From a virus, in the IMG/VR virus record IMGVR_UViG_3300020470_001965: a stretch of 64,000 bases of DNA. The stretch is one strand, 5' to 3'. Position 1 is the stretch's first letter; the number at the start of each line of letters is the position of its first letter. A model generated the notes under the pieces. That model was not told where the DNA came from, ran no database searches, and worked only from the letters and a program-made list of their open reading frames with translations. This document shows positions 58,901 to 64,000 of the stretch, one piece after another. The translations under genes and the position numbers were made by a program.

Positions 58901-61900
58901 TAAGCAAGAAATCATCGATTTCGCTGAAGGAGCGATTGCGGTACAGTTTGAAGACTATTATTTCCCATCTGACGTTATTACTAACCCTTGGAGTCGCTTC
59001 AAGGACGCATATCGCCTAATTCAGAAGAATAAGGCAATGATTGCTGGTATGGCGTTTGATGACATGAAGACGCAGTATCCTAGCTCTTCTATTCCTTCAG
59101 ATTCCAAATGTAAGCGAGATATCGAATATTTAATCGATGCAATCTCGATTGACATGTATGCAGGTGGAAACCGCTATACACGTAAGTTCTGTCAGCAATA
59201 CTTCGATGCAAACGGCACCTTTACATACGTTAACGGCCAGAGTGCAGAAACTAAGTTTGCTTACGAAAAAGCAGTTGAAAGGATGAATGCTGCTCTTGCT
59301 AACCAGTATTCAGGCACAATTAACGCAGTTAACTCTGGAGACTCCTGGACTGCTTATCAAGACACTACAATCACTGCTGACCCTTCTCCTGGCGATGATT
59401 ACGGCACAAACGGTAGTAACACTTCAAATACCGATGCTGCTAACTGCTCAGACGTACAATCAGCAATTACGACTTTAGGTAACATTGTAGACACTACTCT
59501 TACTAATGGTAACTTAGGTGAGCTTCCTGATGAAACAGAAGGCACATATTCACCTCACCAAGAGAAGTGCCGTCGTGACCTTGGATATTTCGTAGATGCA
59601 CTTGCTAACGACTTAGGATCTGGTGGTAACTTCAATATAGTCGAATTTACTAAAAAATTCTTCGATGATGCTGGTGTTCCTTTAACTAACGGTATTGTTG
59701 GTGAAGAAGCAGAAGCAGTCCATGCTTTCACTCAAGCAGGTGAATTATCGAAACGTGCCATCAATAACTTGATGTATTGGAAGGATCTAAGTGGTATTGG
59801 ATATAACCTTAATGATCCTACTACTTACACTGGTGGTACTGCTCCTGCTCATCGTTACGATGCAAACTACGATACAGGTAATAATCAGGATATTGCTAAC
59901 TGTGCAAACGTTAAGACCTATATTGACACTTTAAGTGGTATTGCAACAACTGCAATGACTGCTGGTAACTTAACCAACATTAATGCACTTGCTAGCATCA
60001 CAGACGGCACATTCCAAGATGGAGAGACCATCAGGACGATTAAACTCGCATATAAGGATAAATCCACTGGATTGTTTGCTACAGGCGATTCTATCAAGGG
60101 TGTAACTTCTGGAGCGACTTGTGAGTCAATTGGTGCAAATAGCGGTCTTAAGTGGATATTTACGGGTGCTATAACTGGTACATTCCAAGCAAACGAATAT
60201 ATCACTAATTCCACTTTATCTGTCCAAGGTGCTGTTACACAGTCAGTAATCGTTAAAAAGGCAGAATTAAGTGGATCTAAGTCAATTTACATTCCTGCTG
60301 CTGGATATCTGAATGCTGCTGATAGTTACGACTTTAATTTCGGAACTGGCGACTTTACAGTTTCTGGTTGGTTTAGACCTGCTGTAAACGTTGGCACACA
60401 ACATTTATTTGATTTCCGTCGTTTAAGTGCTGCTGAAGGACTTAATATCAGATTTGACGGTCAACAACTTAAAGTATACAATGGCACAACTTTAGGTATT
60501 AGTAGTGGTAACGTATTCGCTAATACTGGTGAATGGTATCATATTGAGGTTGTTAGGTCTTCTAACGTTACTCAGGCATATGTAAACGGTGCTCAGGTTG
60601 GTAGTAACTGGACTGACAATAATGACTATGCTTATGCTCCTTGTGCAGTAGGTACATCATTCCAGCAATTACAAGGTTGGACAGGTCATATTGATAACGT
60701 ATATGTTAAGAAGGGAGTAGCAGACCATACTTCTGGATTCACTCCATCTAACATCTTTGACCCAGATGCTGTTGATATGGTATTGGGATTAGATGGTGAA
60801 GCACCATTTGTTGTCTCTACTACTTCTGTATATGCTAAGTATACTGGTCAGAATACATCATCTGCTACTGCTAAGAAAGTTGATTATGATGAAAGAGACA
60901 TCATCATTGAGGATGTTGACCTAGGTCGTCAGGAATACAGAAACTGTGCTGATATTCTTGACCTTAATGCTGCATGGATTGCTGAAGAAGCAGTCGGTAT
61001 GATGAAGGCTACGTTTAGTGACTTCACTATTCGTGGTGACGATCCTGCTTCAAACTTCTACGGTGGTACCAATACATGTATAAGAGATACTAAGGACTAT
61101 ATCCTTGGTGCTATGATTAAAGACCTTCATGAAGGTGGAAACTATCATACTCTCTATACTGCTAGGACTTATCTAACTGCTTCAGGTAAATTAGACCATA
61201 TTGAAGAAGAGGTACTACAGGCACTGTATACATGGGATAAGGTAATTGACCTTTGCAACCTAGTCCTTACAACTACAAGCACAGACCTTTCTGGTACATA
61301 TACAACTAAATTAAGAATACCTAATAACTTCTCTACTCCTGCATCACAGGCAGTACAGGATTATATCACTCAATTAGGCACAGACCTACTTGAAGTTGTT
61401 GCTCCTAAGGATGTTAGGTTTAGGGATTCTGGCGTATTAATCTGGAAGAATAGAGATTATATTGCAGAAGAGACTGCTGAGTATATTCAGAACAAGTATC
61501 AGCAGACAATCAATTCTACAACATATGACTTCCTTGAGATGCCTGGATATGGACAACCATATTGTGAGAGGGACATCAAGGATCATATACTACCTGCTGT
61601 AATTAATGACCTTGCTACAGGTGGTACATATCAGACACAAGCTGTCATAGACAATTATCTTGATAGCAACCAAAACATCCTTCATGTTGAGCATGAAATT
61701 AATCCAATGCTCGATGCTATTGATTTTGCAAGGATGCTTTGCTTAAAGGCAATTAACAACTTACTTCTATCACCAGGTGAAGTTGCTGCTGAGTTGGGTG
61801 CTCCTGCTCAAATGCAAGATGAGTATTACACACCTCTATACACAACTAATACTGCATATAGAGATGATACAATCGTAATTGACCCTGAAGGATATCCTCA

Positions 61901-64000
61901 GACAACAAGGACTTCTAATGACAGATACCTTGATGCTGTTGAAATGATTCAGACTAACAAGCACGTTATTGCTAAGGAAGTTGTTGCAATAATGAATGAC
62001 TTGTCTAAGTTTGAAGGACTCAATATTCCTGGTGGAGCAATCAACTGTGAAGATGACGTTATTGACATGATTGACTCAATCAGTCATGATATACAGTATG
62101 ATTGTAACGAGAAGACATACGATGCAGCAGCATTGTATATTGAGCCTGAAGATAACTCACTGAAGCATATCGAAGGTGAGTGGGAAGCATCTATCACTGT
62201 TGTGAAGATACTTCGTGATGTCTGTGCTTTGACTATGCGTAATGCATTTGGTAGGGACTACCATGATGGTGGTGAACCTGATATCAAGCCAGTTCAGACT
62301 TATGAGCAGAATCCAAGAGAGACAGTCTATAAATTATGTGGAGATGCTATTGATGGAAACATACGCTATATTGCGGAGCAAGCGGTTGCAGCAGGAACTA
62401 AGCAATTCCCTTCTCTTAACATCCCTGGCGGACCTATTAACTGCGTCCATGACGTTACTGATATCCTTAGGTCATTAGTATTCAACTTGAAGTATGGTGG
62501 TAACAACATGCTTCAGTATGGCACAGAATACTATGTTAACTCTGGTGGTAACCTAATTCACGTAACCTCACAGTCTACAGAGTCTGTCTGGATAATGAAT
62601 AAGGCAAAAGAGTTTGCTATTCGTGCTATGAAGGACCAGGTTATTACTAATGATGCTGGTCATAGCGTTGGACAGAGATTCTATGATGCAGTTCCTAAGC
62701 CTACTAACCAACTATTAATATCTGAGCCTGCTGGTACTGGACAAGGTGCTGGTGGTGGCGGTGGTATAACAACCACTATGAATAATATTGTTACTAGAGA
62801 ATTTGACTTTGGTGACACATTAATATCAACTACTGACAGCTCTGTTGGTTTGGTACCTGATGAGGATGCTGTATTCCGTTGCATCACCACTCTTCCAAGT
62901 GGCACACCTACAGATTGTACCCTCTTTGAATGTGGTAGTGCTTCATCTGGTGTTTGGTTTGGTATTAGAGACAATGGTACATATCTGAGACTACGTGCAG
63001 GTACTGCAACTCAGTCTTATGCTGGCGGTGCTTCATATACTTCTGATACTGGTCTTGCAATGCTTGACTTACAAATCAGTAGTCTATCAACATACTTTGA
63101 TGGTGGAGACCATGAATTAGTTTGGGAAATCAGAGTTGGTGGCGATATTGGTACTGGTCCAGGACGTGTTAAGTTGTGGATTGATGGTGTGCCAGTAGGT
63201 GAAGCGGTTACTCCTGGTCTTAACAGTGTTACTGGTTTGACTGGTGGTCAAGGAATGTTTGCTGATGCCAACTACGGTGGATTCGGAATGTCATCAACAA
63301 CATGGCCTTCAGGTGAGCCTGGTGCTAAGAATGTATTTACTGTTAACGTTGGTGCTACACCTAAGATTGCATATGATGTTTCTCATGCTGATTATGATGC
63401 CAGCACTGGTGACTTAGTACTTAATGTTGGACATCATGACTTTACTAATAATACTAAGATTCAACTGAAGACTAACTCTTTAATCTTCACTTGTACTCAA
63501 GACGACAACGCAACTAATCATTCTTATCCTAGGTCTGGTGACCCCGCAGGTAATACTGCTGTAGATATTATTGATGTTGGAGTCGTACCTTTCACTGCAA
63601 CTGACGCTGCTTACGACCCCAACAGTGGCATCATGACAGTGACAGTCCCAAGTCACAACTTCGCTGATTCAACAACCCATACAGCGTCTGATGCCACTTA
63701 CGATCCTAACACAGGGATACTCGAAGTGACCGTCAATAATCACGGTTTCAAGACAGGGGAGCAGGTTAAGATTCATCAAGGGTCATTAATATTCACTTGC
63801 TCACAAGATAATCATGCTTCTAAGCATGGATATCCAAGGACAAAGGATCCTGCTGGAGACCAGTGGTTAGCAATTGAAGAAGTAACCATGCACACCTTTA
63901 AGGTGCAGGTTGGTCAAACTGCTAAGAGAGAATATGATGTATCTGATGCAACATATGACCAAGCAACTGGTGAATTAAAATTAGAAGTTGGTAATCATAA
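46902..64000 (+). CDS. gp7: Giant baseplate wedge protein (gp7-like), >5,690 aa, truncated by window end
   Basis: ATG 46902 MPTKNINVSDRVEYQLPDFIRQED...FL.EYYKSQE; FYISKGT...YLFKILFG; KIQDSFFYQNFSY. Frame reads ...YDQATGELKLEVGNH at the edge; absence from the track fits a frame with no stop. Late promoter at 46833. Contains YHYH-like, LamG-like, CBM-like and helical CxRD repeats. Confidence 0.85.
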   Translation, partial: MPTKNINVSDRVEYQLPDFIRQEDRQLVNFLFEYYKSQEKTGRPYDILNNLLGYLDLDQYSSTELSSSTLLLKDIGVYDKKIEIESIDGFQQKNGSIMIDNEVIYYEDVTRGPDVIITPGISFEQFNKKKQQLENPFQLFDGVETIFPLSFLGTPVAPPSAEHLIVITYNEMKVPGVDYFIEGTNIRFQEPPRMRTGADDSEFTQLTYLIGYSDQDIITTDAIPFEEWQNTKNYPLRVNTQPYTPTSEIGLVIKKNNRLQVPYTDFTVFQDRVVFKNPIGAADNIHIRSVEYIAPAYGSGATAIASVDDAGQIQALIPKKGGSKYRLDFNPKVTILSTSGGGSTARSLIGGIKDVTLIDGGQGYSSYNPPVPVCAPPTNTFGTPAKLALTVDDTTGKIDTVTITNSGSGYDFIPAISFQNPGGATISAPTIDGEGRVNIGSISVLTMGLNYSNPPTVYIDPAPDDGINAQAISKINQDGQVYEINIVNRGKGYTSVPRVQIIDPIGAQVLDVTVASGSVTNIEMLTGGQGYTDAPSVYIVDDRKDSYGVPIGGTGATAAATIFNGEITDINITNFGTGYSTEFPPKIYIAEPQKARASVDVGFDEVTGFDILEEGIGYSPSAFLECSRGVSGPVAYDNLHNEIYAGESALRQSNHLAGQTVINLDSLFIKEVFDKFRRQYLPTIDVDFSSVDPIQVIKNITDFYISKGTKLATQYLFKILFGEDVDLYYPKDEIISPSHATWVVDTVLRAELISGDPSNLIDSQVNQYADEVDLNVAAASALIENVITIIEGTDTIYELAISEETLEGSFVIPYKTKLVEPLTTTGQIITVDSTIGWPERNGTILIDDNETVQYKEKSLNQFIECTRSKNGVVEDWDPGTVIQSDIFVYTNKGTSEECKLRILGIAEAGTTVLNDTGSYYIKGDKLKVANLGSTAEDQRLSSWLYNVKKLIQVTSITPGGVNNQTATVVCDNPHGLLVEDTVTVYGANPVVYNGTFVVTARLDQYSFSYEIATPTEILPQGNILLSVDLNRGKSTIASINKVVSEFTTNIQNAFFNDNYVYVAASGLPNYKIGPFTGSALIPGNQRKLLRFPRTVQTISERQDVSPGTAIGSWINGVSIWSYKSKEYIQYGPLTNISVDNVGIGYDAGAKPNLEITGGGGINAAAEVVVNGALESFDVTEEGSGYTESPLVSIVGGGGVGATAQAVITGGRVTRILVEQPGSGYTSQPSVSITGGGGSGATANANVRGPISGITITNAGTGYTSLPAVKVNSGEGALAQPIVINGRIVSIAIINSGESYTTAPNVIINGDGFGAIAKATIGLTGEDKGRVLGVTITNKGIGYTQGMTTVRLESVGQLATFTPTVYQWNRNLQYDLVDNYDIARGYVFTGYNNQFGGEYAHLSDPKELRYVVGDNVFLDPVTQQFQELVANFKHSPIIGWAFDGNPIYGPYGYIDPTDQNSGIRRMRTSYKLKSNILYDEATNPNPARIDGPDLETYPPGQFVADYYYDFQSGDLDNYNGRFCKTPEYPDGTYAYFITVDSSDAGVAEFPYIMGPQFNSLPDNWNFSQVATQENIPSGVVRYRDPYVEVDIDVERQPNQEADVLTTEIEGYPLIFEIQDSNNDGIIDADEQQEILEMSEEATLQIYDYFPSVSAESRVDIEVETTTQFENAQIDGFVVENPGESYQVNDTVFFDNEGTGGFGASALIESVKGQKIIGYSKEMIGDRPYGHITTEIGHELRQQDEIIVNSRPIIDNTSKIYRVKVVAGVERINLIQEGTGYVEDIPPTFEVITPQGQDAQLEIIRELTGQVKTVNIINSGNGYDEDNPPQIRVSHPQQFKKTRYWLSEYMEAAGVIDIHHTVQSSLRYTYICGSITEPDGDMSGLLAKFDDLGQLIWERTLIPQNVGQKKLEFVRMHLDESLENDMIYVAGQYYDPNNSTFNPDVWMAQYESGFNNANAPDGILKWQKAIAGISGSTRRDWVTSICLDQDKNIYLGGYTDSNSPDPNDIWIVQCDIDGDLVEKRKIASADGSEELYQLQYISQDTFMFVGINKENNDVMYGVFYYDGANLEISWIRQVPVAGGYVRNPQFIIDEYDDVVLIWDIYNNGAAKYDKIQINKFPLATANTQWEWTKTVTVSGSPDSVRHAGISVDNFGNYTLVTDVIESQNQRYSIVHYMKYDGSLIAETKVDDTVNIGFQAKDHVVDNSGDCILTVNRQQSDQMAAYRFNDVLDLDYDFTKQNLATFNIYSPSDASVDTSFYRFGTSALKLSAVCPIKLSGYNLSNPEFSFQGWFSMATAQQSAQNTKPLFFDLTPITGDSIQVELDGDSNSANFEKWVMYVNSVEVATSTSATNWTTFAGGAWCHVTFQKREESLGLYRYEVFINGNQQLSYQSTSDINMADMTIAGKYSAPVSGTSFIGWIDDLVVDDNAPYATAAYTLPTDELPVTTSNSDVALIKFDRLHSRRDSYTATGLTKYTDFAFTDASVQTTWVALAAGAITLWETGPGGLQILDMSQAPSTYIPGTYTLTENNYEYATKTSTIPSPAGKKLLITADVISKFYMRDALYQKIDNVMEFTFSQDIKLTKGAILEQFNDAGVTQAYGTIVKVPEGTLLNPGYGTKYQVGKIFGTFNNTDRYRTTANDVNQITGTYFDTEEPEEPWEAGKAYLANDKVYSDKKIYQAQGAGTSGNIAPTHTAGVVSDGVINWAFIDDAGKFTIDLTEHPHPRPQYLGLDMPEWVDGLLYVEGQQVWHKLNVYEVAVGGAGVAGTTPPTHTTGSASDGGVTWDYKSTSEAIGTYARNMGYDQGNNYSVQIVEIHPGSTFIPEDVVSLNADNITVAEDEKSVVVSGFASVKKIRVTARLEKDLIRTGEVRTKYVYATSNSAHGFAAGDILFTEGFQGIQFNGSFFVDQVIGTREYTFGIRDTAVSDPTFNNNAINNVNIYAKHPTLEFTRNHQYVFDISDTSNFGYYLSFSQDNQYKLEYSFNNITRSGTPGVPLGGGSYPFVKFSVLGDVTNISYYFDPSRVGANSPVGDNSFIDVITTPYQGTFKISEVIGDYEFKFPLLKEPERQNAEIINDEFDNPYSYYSTTSTRAVGPINSIKLVAAGGFYQKLPIISDIASFRQIEKCVITSGGTEYAPGVYYDVPIDGDGEGAKCTITVEVDDEVGSGTLTDVAVTDPGKGYTIASIDIDAIPGILGSQLAGSGGTVDVIIPDEGSGASVFLTGTNIGKIKRLKNNEFGFGYSHDYTLKPEITFPVNLQLFNTSILSEIKITDPGAGYTSTPAVVIEGGGGSGAEAEAVIKNNRLNEIIIKNPGAGYSSEPTVTLKSEFNYVVNLDLNYLQFNFPHGITTGAEITFRADNVGSTVGELPKPSTAGLTSLVEGQVYYAIAGEAAGLESDQIRFGLTLQSAQAGDYITFLTQGSGRQTLLTEVFGGKATAVVETSRFLEGEQVFQGSAIETQTAIGTVSTNTGWQIGPKILKIVDYTGDWIAGEKVTGVISKASGLIDNLSIARGVLNIGSLTKTPGRFIDDVGKPSEIVQKIQDSFFYQNFSYVIQSQTPITEWKTQVLENNHPAGFNMFGQLQLTGGKDVSGRKIGTEFTKQVNINNYSNVNQITSFGAAQPIYTDYNNTEVLFRKKRLTSSEEILTSIVKKLDDISPQFNGIDKQFPITVEGEQVIVQQNQLMITLNGVIQSPGESYQVVGPNLVFSEPPKPASKVNYRILGVTPTPIYRIALYTSGGGTNFGIFPTMGQQVQGVFSDAVATVIDSGLAHIDVINVTGGTFQLNEEIVRGEIFSALIESVELVNTETIFEFGETITNLEGDTAIIEETNVVDGVVNDRLVVSKTSGTAKFETGIFDLKLNEYVYSASSKIAGQITFISPYIDPITSEVVDELIINRGSTFFGLLFERLVSLENPNVILDDISQSSITPTELYNPDERINADFLDFEEVRTTEITYTNLANGTIEVGDRIVSKDVDYGNPVSTFHGIAANRFLDAKRNVANNKQEIIDFAEGAIAVQFEDYYFPSDVITNPWSRFKDAYRLIQKNKAMIAGMAFDDMKTQYPSSSIPSDSKCKRDIEYLIDAISIDMYAGGNRYTRKFCQQYFDANGTFTYVNGQSAETKFAYEKAVERMNAALANQYSGTINAVNSGDSWTAYQDTTITADPSPGDDYGTNGSNTSNTDAANCSDVQSAITTLGNIVDTTLTNGNLGELPDETEGTYSPHQEKCRRDLGYFVDALANDLGSGGNFNIVEFTKKFFDDAGVPLTNGIVGEEAEAVHAFTQAGELSKRAINNLMYWKDLSGIGYNLNDPTTYTGGTAPAHRYDANYDTGNNQDIANCANVKTYIDTLSGIATTAMTAGNLTNINALASITDGTFQDGETIRTIKLAYKDKSTGLFATGDSIKGVTSGATCESIGANSGLKWIFTGAITGTFQANEYITNSTLSVQGAVTQSVIVKKAELSGSKSIYIPAAGYLNAADSYDFNFGTGDFTVSGWFRPAVNVGTQHLFDFRRLSAAEGLNIRFDGQQLKVYNGTTLGISSGNVFANTGEWYHIEVVRSSNVTQAYVNGAQVGSNWTDNNDYAYAPCAVGTSFQQLQGWTGHIDNVYVKKGVADHTSGFTPSNIFDPDAVDMVLGLDGEAPFVVSTTSVYAKYTGQNTSSATAKKVDYDERDIIIEDVDLGRQEYRNCADILDLNAAWIAEEAVGMMKATFSDFTIRGDDPASNFYGGTNTCIRDTKDYILGAMIKDLHEGGNYHTLYTARTYLTASGKLDHIEEEVLQALYTWDKVIDLCNLVLTTTSTDLSGTYTTKLRIPNNFSTPASQAVQDYITQLGTDLLEVVAPKDVRFRDSGVLIWKNRDYIAEETAEYIQNKYQQTINSTTYDFLEMPGYGQPYCERDIKDHILPAVINDLATGGTYQTQAVIDNYLDSNQNILHVEHEINPMLDAIDFARMLCLKAINNLLLSPGEVAAELGAPAQMQDEYYTPLYTTNTAYRDDTIVIDPEGYPQTTRTSNDRYLDAVEMIQTNKHVIAKEVVAIMNDLSKFEGLNIPGGAINCEDDVIDMIDSISHDIQYDCNEKTYDAAALYIEPEDNSLKHIEGEWEASITVVKILRDVCALTMRNAFGRDYHDGGEPDIKPVQTYEQNPRETVYKLCGDAIDGNIRYIAEQAVAAGTKQFPSLNIPGGPINCVHDVTDILRSLVFNLKYGGNNMLQYGTEYYVNSGGNLIHVTSQSTESVWIMNKAKEFAIRAMKDQVITNDAGHSVGQRFYDAVPKPTNQLLISEPAGTGQGAGGGGGITTTMNNIVTREFDFGDTLISTTDSSVGLVPDEDAVFRCITTLPSGTPTDCTLFECGSASSGVWFGIRDNGTYLRLRAGTATQSYAGGASYTSDTGLAMLDLQISSLSTYFDGGDHELVWEIRVGGDIGTGPGRVKLWIDGVPVGEAVTPGLNSVTGLTGGQGMFADANYGGFGMSSTTWPSGEPGAKNVFTVNVGATPKIAYDVSHADYDASTGDLVLNVGHHDFTNNTKIQLKTNSLIFTCTQDDNATNHSYPRSGDPAGNTAVDIIDVGVVPFTATDAAYDPNSGIMTVTVPSHNFADSTTHTASDATYDPNTGILEVTVNNHGFKTGEQVKIHQGSLIFTCSQDNHASKHGYPRTKDPAGDQWLAIEEVTMHTFKVQVGQTAKREYDVSDATYDQATGELKLEVGNH

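Noticed and set aside
1292-62974. Many minus-strand and alternate-frame ORFs in the track (e.g. 1292..1687, 8572..8889, 12074..12559, 58097..58477)
   Set aside because: They lie inside well-supported + strand genes, have shadow-ORF composition and show no motifs or RBS.
46897-64000. Apparent 17-kb gene desert in the ORF track
   Set aside because: Track artefact: a single ORF starting at 46902 has no stop before the window end.

Overview
64 kb of a T4-like (myovirus) cyanophage genome, with essentially all genes on the + strand. Order: 3' end of a cpeT-like bilin lyase; gp5 baseplate hub; talC and small ORFs; a late structural/tail-fibre block (7.5-19.5 kb) ending in three tandem Gly/His-rich paralogues; two flavin-dependent halogenases and a run of 2OG-Fe(II)/JmjC oxygenases (11 oxygenase-like genes in the window); an MTase / PD-(D/E)XK-like ORF / MTase cassette; an early-gene region (29.6-38.9 kb) with a repeated promoter-upstream motif and an SF2 helicase; then NlpC/P60, a PAAR-like protein, gp25, gp6 and a giant gp7-like ORF (>5,690 codons, open at the window edge, absent from the ORF track). 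The most unusual signal is non-coding: at ~37.9-38.15 kb a tight cluster of cyanobacterial-type DnaA boxes (TTTTCCACA) lies beside an AT-rich stretch and a minus-strand sigma70-type promoter aimed at it, near an apparent C-rich to G-rich strand switch. This is a candidate host-DnaA-dependent origin or DnaA-titration locus. Other candidates: duplicated leaderless hairpin/leader-peptide 5' modules, a compact pseudoknot, phycobiliprotein-like CxRD repeats in the giant baseplate protein, and a halogenase/oxygenase cluster next to the fibre genes. All calls come from manual reading; no searches were run.
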